Source: an uncultured candidatus Porisulfidus sp. (GTDB lineage Bacteria > Pseudomonadota > Gammaproteobacteria > Poriferisulfidales > Oxydemutatoraceae). Taken from it: a stretch of 64,000 nt of DNA. The translations under genes and the position numbers were made by a program. The stretch lies in contig OZ244052.1 in the NCBI GenBank assembly GCA_965215125.1, positions 1,184,001 through 1,248,000 on the forward strand. The letters are read 5' to 3'. Positions 41,419 through 51,737 of this stretch are shown here, piece by piece (the first letter of the stretch is position 1; every line of letters starts with the position of its first letter). Under the pieces are notes generated by a model that did no database searches, had not been told where the DNA came from, and saw only the letters and a program-made list of their open reading frames with translations.

Positions 41419-43752
41419 TTAACTACAGCTAAAACGCCTAAGCGATAACTGACTTCTCAAAGAAGTACAATAATTGCTACCGAGGTTGTTGTTATGCAAA
41501 AACAAATCCTGCAGATTAGTTAAACCGCTAAATATATCCGACGGCAAAGTGCTTAATCTGTTATTGGACAACCGTAAACTCTCTAGATTAGTTAAACCGC
41601 CAAAGATGCCCGACGGCAAACTTGTTAATGAATTACGCTCTAAAGATAATCTCTGCAGACTACTTAAACCACTAAAGATGTCTCCAGACAAAGGGTTTAA
41701 TGAATTCGTACTTAAAAGCAACACCTGCAGACCACTTAAATCGCTAAATAGGTCCTCCGGCAAAGGGTTTAGCCGGTTCATCCACAAAGCCAACCACTCC
41801 AGCTTAGTTAAACCGTTAAAGATGTCTGCCGGCAAAGTGCTTAATGAATTCTGGTTCAGATGCAATCTCTGCAAACTACTTAAACCGCTAAAGGTGCCCG
41901 ACGACAATTCACTTAATTTGTTATCTGCCAAATCTAACTCTTGCAGACTAGTTAAACCGCTAAAGATATCCGATGGTAGTGTGTTCAATTCGTTTCCGAT
42001 CAGTTCCAACCACTCTAACTTAGTTAAACCGCTAAAGATATCCGACGGCAACGTGTTCAATTTGTTAAAATCCAAATCCAACCGTTGCAGATTAGTTAGA
42101 CCGCTAAAAGTGCCCGGCAACAACTCACTTAGTTCGCTGCCTCGCAAATCCAACCACTCTAGCTTAGTTAAACCGCTAAAGATGTCTGCCGGCAAAGTGT
42201 TTAATGAATTCTCGTCCAGGTGCAACCTCCGTAGCTCAGTTAAACCGCTAAAGATATCTACCGGCAAAGTGCTCAATGAATTCCTGTCTAAATGCAACCT
42301 CCGCAAACTACTTAAACCACTAAAGGCATCCGACGACAGCATACTTAATGAATTACTTTGCAAGTGCAACTCTTGCAGACCGGTTAAAACACTAAAAGTA
42401 CCCGTCGACAACGTGTTTAATCCGTTATCATCCAAAATCAACACCTGTAGCCTAGTTAAGCCGTTAAAGATGTCCGTTGACAGCGTGCTTAATGAATTAC
42501 TGCCTAAATCCAACCACCTTAAATCCGTTAAAATGCTGAAGGTGTTGGACGACAAGGTATCTAATTTGTTCTCGTTTAAATTTAATGTCTGCAGACTATC
42601 TAAACCGCTAAAAGTACCCGTTGACAACATATTTAATCCGTTATCATACAAAAGCAACACCTGTAGCCTAGTTAAGCCGTTAAAGACGCCCGTCGACAGC
42701 ATGCTTAATGAATTACTGCCTAAATCCAACCACCTTAAATCCGTTAAAATGCTAAAGGTGCTGGACGACAAGGTATTTAATTTGTTCTCGTTTAAATTTA
42801 ATGTCTGCAGACTATCTAAACCGCTAAAAGCATTCGTTGATAGCCCGCTTAATCCGTTTTGGCGTAAATCTAACTGTTGCAGATTAGTTAAATCGCTAAA
42901 AATACTCGGCTGCAGCCTGCTTAATCCGTTTTGGCGTAAATCTAACTGTTGCAGATTAGTTAAATCGCTAAAGATGCCCGGCTGAAGTCTGCTTAATCCG
43001 TTTTGGTGCAAATCTAACTGTTGCAGATTAGTTAAATCGCTAAAAATATCCCCTGGTAAGGTGCCTAATGAATTCCTGCTCAAATTCAACTCTTGCAAGC
43101 TATCTAAACCGTTAAAGACACTCGGCTGAAGCCTGCTTAATCCATTTAAACTCAAATTCAACTGTTCTAGTTTAGTTAAACCGCTAAAGATATCGTCTGG
43201 TAAGGTGTCCAATGAATTCTCGCTCAAATTCAATCTTTGTAGACTAATTAAACTGCTAAAAGTACGCGACGACACTGTTCTTAATCCGTTCCGCAACAAA
43301 TCCAACTGTTTCAGATTAGCTAAACCTTCAAAGATATTTTCCGGCAATTCCAATTCGTTTCCTCCGAAGAGACTAAACAAATTCAACCTTTGCAGATTAG
43401 TTAAATCACTAAAATCGCCCTCTGATAAAGAATCAAGGGAAAAATAAGCAAGCTGTAGCGTTGTAATTGAAGCAAGGTCTTCTTGACTAATCTCCCCACA
43501 GTCATTATTGTTAACGAGTCCTTGGATTCTTTCCCGCACCAGCTGTGTTCTATCACATACGCTCACTATCGGGGGTGTCGATGTCACCGTGCTTCCGGTA
43601 CTTGTCAGCAGACCTTCGGGGAATACTCGTATCTGTAATTGGATATTTTGTGGTTGCAGAGTCTGTGAAACACCGGTAACCGGCAAGCAACACAGAACAG
43701 ATATTACAACTGCCCGATGCATGAATCGATAGTTAGATAAATCCGGAATCAT
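41419..43752 (-). CDS. Exported leucine-rich repeat protein (~27-28 24-aa LRRs)
   Basis: Signal-like N-terminus, Cys cap VCDRT...DC, repeats L..L.L..N.L..LP...F.GL. Confidence 0.93.
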   Translation of the reverse strand: MIPDLSNYRFMHRAVVISVLCCLPVTGVSQTLQPQNIQLQIRVFPEGLLTSTGSTVTSTPPIVSVCDRTQLVRERIQGLVNNNDCGEISQEDLASITTLQLAYFSLDSLSEGDFSDLTNLQRLNLFSLFGGNELELPENIFEGLANLKQLDLLRNGLRTVSSRTFSSLISLQRLNLSENSLDTLPDDIFSGLTKLEQLNLSLNGLSRLQPSVFNGLDSLQELNLSRNSLGTLPGDIFSDLTNLQQLDLHQNGLSRLQPGIFSDLTNLQQLDLRQNGLSRLQPSIFSDLTNLQQLDLRQNGLSGLSTNAFSGLDSLQTLNLNENKLNTLSSSTFSILTDLRWLDLGSNSLSMLSTGVFNGLTRLQVLLLYDNGLNMLSTGTFSGLDSLQTLNLNENKLDTLSSNTFSILTDLRWLDLGSNSLSTLSTDIFNGLTRLQVLILDDNGLNTLSTGTFSVLTGLQELHLQSNSLSMLSSDAFSGLSSLRRLHLDRNSLSTLPVDIFSGLTELRRLHLDENSLNTLPADIFSGLTKLEWLDLRGSELSELLPGTFSGLTNLQRLDLDFNKLNTLPSDIFSGLTKLEWLELIGNELNTLPSDIFSGLTSLQELDLADNKLSELSSGTFSGLSSLQRLHLNQNSLSTLPADIFNGLTKLEWLALWMNRLNPLPEDLFSDLSGLQVLLLSTNSLNPLSGDIFSGLSSLQRLSLERNSLTSLPSGIFGGLTNLESLRLSNNRLSTLPSDIFSGLTNLQDLFLHNNNLGSNYCTSLRSQLSLRRFSCS
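42847..43044. repeat. Near-perfect 72-bp tandem repeats (3 copies) inside the LRR gene
   Basis: gcttaatccgttttgg...aaatcgctaaa at 42847, 42919 and 42991. Confidence 0.9.
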
Positions 43753-43891
43753 TGCCTTTTCAGCATCATATCATAAAGTATCGGGCAAAATCACAAGTAG
43801 ACTGAAGCGTATTTACAAATCCATAAAAGTTTATCATAAACGCTTCAAAAGAATGATAGGGACGGGCTATCCTAACCACCGACTTTCGTCT

Positions 43892-44794
43892 TCAGGTTAT
43901 CTTGTCTAAGATATTATCCAGTCCATCAAGCGAGGTATAATAAATCACCAGCGAGCCGTTGCCGGTCTTTTTGCTATATTTCACCTTAACCGTAGTGCCC
44001 AAATGTTCCGACAGGTGGCGTTCCAGTTGTGCGATATCGGTATCGTCGCGAGGTTTTTTCTTTTTGCTTGTCTTTTTTTTCTTTTTCTTATCCAAAAGTT
44101 TTCTCACATACTCTTCGACCTCTCGCACGCTCATGTTTCGCCCTATGATGAGGCGAGCGGTGTCGGTTTGTTCGGTTTTATTCAACGCAAGCAGGGTGCG
44201 CGCATGTGCCATCTCCAAGCGACCTTCGGTCAGCCAATCGCGGACTTCGGGTGCAAGTTCCAAGAGCCGTAGCAGGTTAGAAACCGCAGGGCGCGAGCGT
44301 CCTATTGCGGTTGCCGCCTGTTCGTGGGTCATATCAAACTTTAGTATTAGCTGTTTGATTGCCATTGCCTCTTCTATCGCGCTTAAGTCGTCGCGTTGTA
44401 TGTTTTCTACGAGTGCTATGGCGGCGGCAGTATTCTCATCGACTTTTTTTATTATCGCAGGAATTTTCCTAAGGCCGGCCAACTGTGCGGCGCGCCACCG
44501 GCGTTCTCCGGCGATGAGTTCATAACGACCGTCGGTATCGTTTTGGGTGCGTAGCACGATAGGTTGTAGCAATCCCTGATGTTTTATTGATTCTGCAAGT
44601 TCGCGCAAGGAATTCTCGTCAATGTTTTTGCGCGGTTGATAGCGGCTCGGCTGTATTTGATCGGGTTCTATATGCAAAATCTGCTCGCCGTGTTCGGTGT
44701 TCGTCTCGGCATCCATACGCATCGTCAACAATGCATCCACACCCAGAGAACCCAATCCTCGTCGTTTTTTGGTTTGTGTTTTCTTTTTATTCAC
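43892..44794 (-). CDS. parB: Chromosome partitioning protein ParB
   Basis: YQPR, LLQPI, IAGERRWRAA, LVENIQR. Confidence 0.95.
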   Translation of the reverse strand: MNKKKTQTKKRRGLGSLGVDALLTMRMDAETNTEHGEQILHIEPDQIQPSRYQPRKNIDENSLRELAESIKHQGLLQPIVLRTQNDTDGRYELIAGERRWRAAQLAGLRKIPAIIKKVDENTAAAIALVENIQRDDLSAIEEAMAIKQLILKFDMTHEQAATAIGRSRPAVSNLLRLLELAPEVRDWLTEGRLEMAHARTLLALNKTEQTDTARLIIGRNMSVREVEEYVRKLLDKKKKKKTSKKKKPRDDTDIAQLERHLSEHLGTTVKVKYSKKTGNGSLVIYYTSLDGLDNILDKIT

Positions 44795-44835
44795 TGTTGT
44801 TCGCTGCGGTTAAATAATTTACGGGAACGAATATT

Positions 44836-45612
44836 TTAGCTTACCTTCGCCTCGGCTTTTTGTCGTCTCAATATCTCGCCGACGAGTTCCACATAAGCGA
44901 CGGCACCTTTAGAGGTTTTATCGTATTGTATGATGGATAGTCCGTGGCTAGGTGCTTCGGCAAGGGTTACATTACGCGGGATAACGGTATGGTAGAGTTC
45001 TTTTTCGAAGAAAACGCTGAGTTGTTCGGACACATCGCGGGCGAGGTTGTTGCGCGGGTCATACATCGTTCGCAATACGCCTTCTATACGCAACCGAGGG
45101 TTGACAGTTTGGCGTATACGCTCTATGGTTTCAACCAAAGCGGAGAGACCTTCCAAAGCGTAGTACTCGCATTGTATCGGAATGATTACACCCTCGGCGG
45201 CGACCAACGCATTCATCGTCAGTGTATTCAGTGTCGGCGGGCAGTCCAGCAAAACATAGTCGTAGTGGTCGGTTTGTTGTAAGGTATCTCGTAAGTAAAA
45301 GCTACTGTTCTCCTGCCGTGTCATATTGACTTCGGTGACGGTTAGTGTCGAGTTTGCACCGACCAAATCATAGCCTGCGGTATCGCACGAATTGATGCAG
45401 TCTATAAGCGGTGTGCCTTCCAGCAAATTCGCGGTCGTTGCGGTTAGTTCATTTTTGTCGGCGTTGCTACCGGATGTTGCGTTGCCTTGCGGATCCATGT
45501 CTATCAATAGCACGCGCCGTTTGGCAGCCGCCAATCCCGCTGCTAAATTCACGCTGGTTGTGGTTTTGCCGACACCGCCTTTTTGGTTGGTTATTGCATA
45601 GATGGTTGTCAT
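44836..45612 (-). CDS. parA: Chromosome partitioning ATPase ParA/Soj
   Basis: NQKGGVGKTT, DPQGNAT, DCPP, QCEYYALEG. Confidence 0.96.
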   Translation of the reverse strand: MTTIYAITNQKGGVGKTTTSVNLAAGLAAAKRRVLLIDMDPQGNATSGSNADKNELTATTANLLEGTPLIDCINSCDTAGYDLVGANSTLTVTEVNMTRQENSSFYLRDTLQQTDHYDYVLLDCPPTLNTLTMNALVAAEGVIIPIQCEYYALEGLSALVETIERIRQTVNPRLRIEGVLRTMYDPRNNLARDVSEQLSVFFEKELYHTVIPRNVTLAEAPSHGLSIIQYDKTSKGAVAYVELVGEILRRQKAEAKVS

Positions 45613-45624
45613 TTTTCTATCGGT

Positions 45625-46254
45625 CTAGTATCTCATAAGAACTAAGTTTTGAGTTTCGTCTTCCCCGGTATTGAGCTTTTTCAGGCTATGCCTTAGCCCC
45701 GAATCGCTTGCGGTATCATGGAATTGTTGAAGCTCTTTGGGACTTATTTTACCCTTGAATGTGAGCCAGCAGGTTTGTTTATGTCCTAGATGCAGGGTTA
45801 TAGAGATAAATCGGTCTAAGCTGCTCAGGGCACGGCTGATTATCGTGTCAAATTTAACTGCGGTTGTAAAATTTTCCGCTCGCACTTGTTTCACCTCTAT
45901 GTTAGGAAGTGCTAAAGACACTCGGCAATGTTCTAAGAAACGGGTTTTTTTACCGTTGCCGTCGATCAGCGTATAGCGGTATTGTGGTGCGAAGATTGCC
46001 AACGGGATACCCGGCACACCACTGCCGCTACCCACATCCAATACGGTGTTGCCGTGCAGATAGGGGATCGCCGCAAGACTACCGATTACCAAGCGACGAA
46101 TGATTTGCTCGGTTTCGTTTATTGCCGTCAGGTTGTATGTTTGGTTCCATTTTTGTAGTAATTCAATCCACCGAAGTATCTTTTTTAATTCCCGGTCGGT
46201 TGCACTAATACCGAGGCTGGAACATTGCCGATGCAGTAGTTTTGTATATTCCAA
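45625..46254 (-). CDS. rsmG: 16S rRNA m7G527 methyltransferase
   Basis: WNQTYNLTAI, LDVGSGSGVPG, ISRA. Confidence 0.93.
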   Translation of the reverse strand: MEYTKLLHRQCSSLGISATDRELKKILRWIELLQKWNQTYNLTAINETEQIIRRLVIGSLAAIPYLHGNTVLDVGSGSGVPGIPLAIFAPQYRYTLIDGNGKKTRFLEHCRVSLALPNIEVKQVRAENFTTAVKFDTIISRALSSLDRFISITLHLGHKQTCWLTFKGKISPKELQQFHDTASDSGLRHSLKKLNTGEDETQNLVLMRY

Positions 46255-46255
46255 A

Positions 46256-46738
46256 TTATTGTCCGGCGGCTTGTGCCAAGTCTTTCAACAAAGTTTCGGT
46301 GTCGCGGAATTGTTTGTTATGTTCAAGCAGATTATGCCGTTTTTGCATCGCTTCCGCCGAGCTGTAGCTAATCCAAACAACGCCGCCGCGGTCTTCCCAA
46401 ACCAATAGTTTGAGCGGCAAATCAAGACCGATGAGCGGATTCGCTTGCATCAATTCGGTGCCGACGGCAGAGTTGCCGAATACGAGTAGTTGGGTAGGCA
46501 GTAGTGCCATGCCCGCGTCGGCGGCGTTTTGTGCGTGGTCTATCACCCCGAATACTCTGAGTTCGTTGTGTTCTGCGATGCGCTTGGCGCGTTCTACGGT
46601 TAGTTCGACGCTATGTTTGCTTTTTATATGCCGTGTGTGTTCCGACTCTATGCGGGTTTGTGCGTCCGCCGCCGGTATAAACCCGAGCAACAGTAAGCCT
46701 AATATCAAATTAGGCACTATGCCGATAACCGAAATCAT
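46256..46738 (-). CDS. Exported DUF302 protein
   Basis: Signal peptide; IDHA, LVFGN..VGT.LMQ, GLDLPLK. Confidence 0.8.
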   Translation of the reverse strand: MISVIGIVPNLILGLLLLGFIPAADAQTRIESEHTRHIKSKHSVELTVERAKRIAEHNELRVFGVIDHAQNAADAGMALLPTQLLVFGNSAVGTELMQANPLIGLDLPLKLLVWEDRGGVVWISYSSAEAMQKRHNLLEHNKQFRDTETLLKDLAQAAGQ

Positions 46739-48584
46739 ATTTTTTCAAATAAATACGCAATAGGGACAAAGAAGCCGGCGTCATGCCCGGTATGCGTTCC
46801 GCTTGTCCCAAGGATGTGGGTTTGGATTCGTTGAGTTTGTCGCGCAATTCATTTGATAGACCGATGACTTTAGAATAATCAAAACTTTCGGGGATTTGTT
46901 GCGAGCGCGCCTGTGCAAGTCGATCTATTTCGTCTTGTTGGCGCGTCAAGTAGCCGCTGTATTTCGCCTGTATCTCTATTTGCGAGACAACCTGCTCGTC
47001 GGTAGCCGGCCGGTGGACATTCGAAACGCCGACGAGGTCTCGGTAACAGACTTCGGGTCTTTTAAGCAATTCTGCGGCACTGCATGCTTGCTTAAGTTCT
47101 ATGCCCAGTTGCCGACCTTGTTCGGTATTGATAGACAGGGTTTCCAGTTTTGCTTGTTCAGCCGCTATCTGTTGACTTTTATGTTCAAATAATCGCCAGC
47201 GTTCGTCGCCGACTAAGCCGAGTTTTCTACCTTGTTCGCAAAGCCGTAAATCGGCATTGTCTTGACGCAAAGACAATCTATATTCGGCACGGCTTGTAAA
47301 CATCCGATAAGGTTCGTCGGTGCCGTAGACGGTCAGGTCGTCTATCAGCACGCCGATATAGGCTTGTTCGCGTGTCGGATGCCATAATGTTTGGCCTTGT
47401 GCTTTGCGGGCTGCGTTGAGCCCGGCGATCAAACCTTGTGCTGCAGCTTCCTCGTAGCCGGTTGTGCCGTTGATTTGTCCGGCAAAAAACAAACCTTCTA
47501 TGGTTTGGGTTTCAAGTGATGCATCCAAGTCGCGAGGATCCATATAATCGTATTCAATCGCATAAGCCGGGCGTGTGATGTGTGCGTTTTCAAAACCCCT
47601 GATAGAGCGCACCATCGCAAGCTGCACATCAAAGTCCAAGCAGGTGGAAATCCCATTCGGATAAATCTCGCCGCTATCCAAACCTTCGGGTTCTATAAAA
47701 ATCTGATGAGATGTTTTGTCGGCGAAGCGGACGACCTTGTCCTCTATGGACGGACAGTAGCGCGGTCCGGTGGAACGAATGGTACCATTGTAGATCGGCG
47801 AACGATGCAGTGCCGAGCGTATAATCTCGTGGGTCTTTTCGTTTGTACGAGTTATAAAACATTCGCGTTGCGGCGGATGATCCGTTCGGCTTGCCAGGTA
47901 AGAGAATACCGGCTGTGGTGTGTCGCTGTGTTGTGCCGTGAGTTTGGAAAAGTCTATGGTGTTTTTAGCGATGCGCGGCGGTGTGCCGGTCTTCAATCGT
48001 CCCACGCGTAGCGGCAATGCGCGCAGCCTTTCGGCGAGTGCATTCGCCGGTGCCTCGCCCGCTCGTCCACCCTGATAATTGTGCGTACCGATATGTATGT
48101 GTCCACCCAAGAAAGTGCCGGTGGTTAAAACGACGGTACTTGCACGAAAGCGAAGCCCCATTTGTGTAATTACTCCTTGAATATGGTCTTTATCGACGAT
48201 TAGATCGGCGACCGTTTGCTGAAATATATAGATGTTGGGGTATTGTTCCAGCATCTTCCGCATTGCCGTTTTGTATAGCTGGCGGTCTGCTTGCGCTCGT
48301 ATCGCTTGTACTGCAGGTCCCTTGCTTGCATTCAGCATTCGAAAATGGATGCCCGAAAGGTCGGCGCATCGCGCCATCAATCCGTCGAGTGCGTCGATCT
48401 CGCGTACTAAATGGCTTTTCCCGATGCCACCGATGGCGGGATTACAACTCATTTGCCCGATGGTGTCTATGTTTTGTGTCAGTAGTAGCACCGCCGCCCC
48501 GGTACGCGCCGCACCTGCCGCCGCCTCACAGCCGGCATGCCCACCGCCGATAACAATGACATCATATATTCGTTGGTATTCCAT
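46710..48584 (-). CDS. mnmG: tRNA modification enzyme MnmG/GidA
   Basis: [43 protein letters not shown]. Confidence 0.98.
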   Translation of the reverse strand: MEYQRIYDVIVIGGGHAGCEAAAGAARTGAAVLLLTQNIDTIGQMSCNPAIGGIGKSHLVREIDALDGLMARCADLSGIHFRMLNASKGPAVQAIRAQADRQLYKTAMRKMLEQYPNIYIFQQTVADLIVDKDHIQGVITQMGLRFRASTVVLTTGTFLGGHIHIGTHNYQGGRAGEAPANALAERLRALPLRVGRLKTGTPPRIAKNTIDFSKLTAQHSDTPQPVFSYLASRTDHPPQRECFITRTNEKTHEIIRSALHRSPIYNGTIRSTGPRYCPSIEDKVVRFADKTSHQIFIEPEGLDSGEIYPNGISTCLDFDVQLAMVRSIRGFENAHITRPAYAIEYDYMDPRDLDASLETQTIEGLFFAGQINGTTGYEEAAAQGLIAGLNAARKAQGQTLWHPTREQAYIGVLIDDLTVYGTDEPYRMFTSRAEYRLSLRQDNADLRLCEQGRKLGLVGDERWRLFEHKSQQIAAEQAKLETLSINTEQGRQLGIELKQACSAAELLKRPEVCYRDLVGVSNVHRPATDEQVVSQIEIQAKYSGYLTRQQDEIDRLAQARSQQIPESFDYSKVIGLSNELRDKLNESKPTSLGQAERIPGMTPASLSLLRIYLKKYDFGYRHSA

Positions 48585-48606
48585 TATCGGGTCTGCCTCC
48601 GCCGAT

Positions 48607-49467
48607 TTATGTTTCTATCGCTTTTCTGAGTTTTTGTAGGGCTTGGTTTTCAATTTGGCGGATGCGTTCAGCCGAAACTTTGTATTGATCCGCCAGCGTG
48701 TGCAAGGTTGCTTTTTTATCGGATAACCAGCGTGCTTTTAAGATGGCAAGACTACGCTCGTCCAAGGTTTTTAGTGCCTCGTCCAGTTTTTGGCGGTTAT
48801 AGGTGCTTGCTTGTACATTTTCAAAATGTTCCGCCGGGTCTGTTTCTCGTTCGTCGGTCAAGTAAGCGATGGGTGAAAAAGTTGCTTCCTCGTATGCATC
48901 CGGCATCGGGTCTATGCTCACTTCGGATTGCCCCATGCGCTTTTCCATTTCGGTGACTTCTTTAGCTTTAACGCCGAGTTGACTTGCAATCTCTTCAACC
49001 TCTTGTTGGTTCATCCAACCTAATCTTTTTTTGGAACTTCTAAGATTGAAGAAAAGTTTGCGCTGTGCTTTGGTTGTGGCAACTTTGACGATGCGCCAAT
49101 TCTTAATGATAAACTCGTGAATTTCGGCGCGAATCCAATGCACTGCAAAAGAAACCAAGCGCACGCCGATGGCAGGGTCAAAACGTTGTATCGCCTTCAA
49201 TAATCCGATGTTGCCTTCTTGTATTAAATCGCCTAGTGCCAGTCCGTATCCGCTGTAGCCACGCGCGATTTGTATAACAAAGCGTAGGTTATGCATTGCT
49301 AATTTGCGTGCCGCTTCTACATCGTTTTCTTGATTATAGAGGCGCGCAAGCCGCTGCTCCTCTTCGGCATCCAATACCGGGATGCCGTACGCAGCACTGA
49401 TGTAAGCATTCAGACTGCCTACCGGCACCATCGCCGTATCCTTGGTTTTGACTAAGTTTTTTCCCAT
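48607..49467 (-). CDS. rpoH: Heat-shock sigma factor RpoH
   Basis: [10 protein letters not shown], RpoH box [19 protein letters not shown]. Confidence 0.95.
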   Translation of the reverse strand: MGKNLVKTKDTAMVPVGSLNAYISAAYGIPVLDAEEEQRLARLYNQENDVEAARKLAMHNLRFVIQIARGYSGYGLALGDLIQEGNIGLLKAIQRFDPAIGVRLVSFAVHWIRAEIHEFIIKNWRIVKVATTKAQRKLFFNLRSSKKRLGWMNQQEVEEIASQLGVKAKEVTEMEKRMGQSEVSIDPMPDAYEEATFSPIAYLTDERETDPAEHFENVQASTYNRQKLDEALKTLDERSLAILKARWLSDKKATLHTLADQYKVSAERIRQIENQALQKLRKAIET

Positions 49468-49571
49468 ATCGTTAGTAGCGGTAGTATAACAAGTCACCTA
49501 GAAACTGAAACCTTTTGTATCCGTTTCCGTGCATGGTCGTATATTGTACATTTATTCGGTGTATTTGCCGA

Positions 49572-50015
49572 TTATGCAGATGTTAGTTTTGCTTTGACGA
49601 TGCGACCGACCGCCGATGGGTCTGCGCTACCGCGGGCTTGTGCTTTTATCTCTGCCATCACTTTAGACATGTCCCTGATACCGGTAGCTCCGGTCTTGTT
49701 AATCGCTTGGTCTATCAAAGTTTCAAGCTCGGTTTCGTCGAGCTGTTTCGGCATATAACTTGTAATGACTTCTAGTTCAAAGTTCTCTTTTTCTTGTAAA
49801 TCGGTGCGGCCTGCATCGGCAAATTGTTTTATAGACTCACGCCGTTGCTTTGCCATTTTACCGAGCGTATCTAGAATGCCGTTTTCATCGAGTGCCGTGC
49901 GAGAGTCTATTTCTATACGTTTTATTTCGGATAGTATCAAACGCAATACCGCTAAGCGAGGCTTATCCCCACTTTTCATTGCTATTTTGGCATCGTCCTC
50001 AATACGATGTTTCAT
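49572..50015 (-). CDS. GatB/YqeY domain protein
   Basis: AMKSGDK, KQRRESI, YMPKQL; follows rpsU. Confidence 0.9.
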   Translation of the reverse strand: MKHRIEDDAKIAMKSGDKPRLAVLRLILSEIKRIEIDSRTALDENGILDTLGKMAKQRRESIKQFADAGRTDLQEKENFELEVITSYMPKQLDETELETLIDQAINKTGATGIRDMSKVMAEIKAQARGSADPSAVGRIVKAKLTSA

Positions 50016-50026
50016 GGATTGGTGAA

Positions 50027-50242
50027 TTAGTATAAACGGGTACGTTTAGACCTAATTTTGAAAGTATGTCTGCTCTGCCGCTTTTTTGCCAAAATAGACT
50101 TTCGGCGGCGCACCGTGGTTGGTTTTTCATAGAACTCTCGGAAACGGATTTCCGTTAAAATACCGGCTTTTTCGCAGGTACGCCTAAAGCGTCTGATGGC
50201 GATATCCAGTGGTTCATTCTCTTTTATTCGTACTGTAGGCAT
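50027..50242 (-). CDS. rpsU: 30S ribosomal protein S21
   Basis: ENEP...[18 protein letters not shown]. Confidence 0.95.
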   Translation of the reverse strand: MPTVRIKENEPLDIAIRRFRRTCEKAGILTEIRFREFYEKPTTVRRRKSILAKKRQSRHTFKIRSKRTRLY

Positions 50243-50370
50243 TAAGTTTGTTTCCGGTTGAATGGTGAATTATACAGCCCTAGCCAAGAATTTGCAATGT
50301 TTTGCTATGCGTTGTCATCACCCGGTTGAAATGTGCGGTTATTGAGTCGCCGATTGTAACTGCAATAAAC

Positions 50371-50412
50371 GGCAGTTCTATTGCGCCTGCCACCCCTCCA
50401 CAGGGGGGGAAT
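50371..50412 (-). repeat. Partial composite repeat downstream of tRNA-Gly
   Basis: ggcagttctattgcgcctgccacccctccacagggggggaat matches the end of the 33427-33550 copy. Confidence 0.8.
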
Positions 50413-50481
50413 GGTGCGTCTCTACACATGTTGCTCATATTGCATCTGTGTACAATGTTGGGCAGGTTTGATAAGAAAAAA

Positions 50482-50557
50482 TGGAGCGGGAGACGGGGTT
50501 CGAACCCGCGACCTCAACCTTGGCAAGGTTGCGCTCTACCAGCTGAGCTACTCCCGC
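50482..50557 (-). tRNA. tRNA-Gly (GCC)
   Basis: Reverse complement GCGGGAGTAGCTCAGCTGGTAGAGC...TTGCCAA...GTTCGAACCCC...CTCCA, 76 nt with CCA. Confidence 0.97.
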
Positions 50558-50610
50558 GTTTGGCACTTTATTTTCTAACAACCGGATATTATAGTCAATT
50601 CCTTCTCATT

Positions 50611-51684
50611 TTATATCAGCGTCGTTGCCGTTGAACTGACCGAGCATAATAATTCGTAGGGAATAGTGGAAGCATGTTCGGCAACTTCGTCTACCGATAT
50701 ATGTTCTCCCCACAATTCTGCGTTATCGCCCACCGATATATCTGCGCCCGTAGCGTCCACCGTGATCATATCCATTGATACATGTCCGGCGATATAACAT
50801 CGTTTGTCCGATAACCAAACGGGTGTCCCCGATGCTGCATGCCATGGATAGCCGTCGCCGTAACCGGTCCCGATGATTGCGGCGTGGGTTTTTTTTGTGC
50901 ATATATATTCGCCGTTGTAACCCAAGCGATCTCCTTTATTAAAGTTGCGTATAGCGATAACCGGGGCTGTTAAGCGCATCACCGGTTTTAATTTTTTTCT
51001 GTGCTTAAGTAGAGTGTTTTTAGCTGTCACTCCGTAGACGCTAAGTCCTACCCTGACCCAATCTTTATGAGATTCAGGTAGGCTTAAGGTTGCGGCGGAG
51101 TTGGCGATGGATGCCTGCATACCTTCTTTTTCGTGATAAGCACAGAGTTCTTCAAATTTTTGTAATTGCATGCGAGTCAGTACTTCATCGCCATCGGCGC
51201 AACAAAAGTGCGACATAAGTACCGGTGGAGCGGCGAGACCCCGAAGGTTTAGTAATGCCGGTATTATCGTTTTATGTTCGGCCCAATCAAAGCCCAAACG
51301 GTGCATGCCGGTGTCGAACTTAACCCAGAACGTAAGTCCTCGGCAGTTGCTTTGTTGCAAGCCGTCTATTTGGCGTTGACAATGTATGACGAGTGTCAAG
51401 TTATAGTTGCGCGCCAGTTCTATATCCTGCAGTTCGTGCCCGCCTTGCAGCACGATGATTTTTTGGATAACGCCTGCTCGGCGTAGTGCGATGCCCTCGC
51501 TAACACAAGCAACCGCAAAACCGTCGGCATTCTCCAGTGCTTTTGCAACTCTCAGCAAACCGTGTCCGTAAGCCTCCGATTTTATTACCGTAATGACTTT
51601 GGCGGGAGTACAAAGCTTCTGCAAATAATCATAATTGTTTTTGAGTGCGTGAATATCTAGATGTTTGTTAAGAGAACGAATCAT
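50611..51684 (-). CDS. alr: Alanine racemase
   Basis: VIKSEAYGHG, DTGMHRLG, ANSA, GYGDG, SMDM, IPYE. Confidence 0.95.
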   Translation of the reverse strand: MIRSLNKHLDIHALKNNYDYLQKLCTPAKVITVIKSEAYGHGLLRVAKALENADGFAVACVSEGIALRRAGVIQKIIVLQGGHELQDIELARNYNLTLVIHCQRQIDGLQQSNCRGLTFWVKFDTGMHRLGFDWAEHKTIIPALLNLRGLAAPPVLMSHFCCADGDEVLTRMQLQKFEELCAYHEKEGMQASIANSAATLSLPESHKDWVRVGLSVYGVTAKNTLLKHRKKLKPVMRLTAPVIAIRNFNKGDRLGYNGEYICTKKTHAAIIGTGYGDGYPWHAASGTPVWLSDKRCYIAGHVSMDMITVDATGADISVGDNAELWGEHISVDEVAEHASTIPYELLCSVSSTATTLI

Positions 51685-51737
51685 GACAATAAAAGAAAGA
51701 GACGATAGAGTGAGTTAAAAATAAAAATGAAAACCGC

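Noticed and set aside
41474-42985. 503-aa antisense ORF with periodic sequence
   Set aside because: Shadow of the LRR gene; a stop-free 72-bp unit repeated in tandem gives a long open antisense frame
50302-50634. ORFs spanning tRNA-Gly, and tRNA as island attachment site
   Set aside because: The ORFs are antisense translations of the tRNA and repeat; no duplicated tRNA 3' end or integrase was seen
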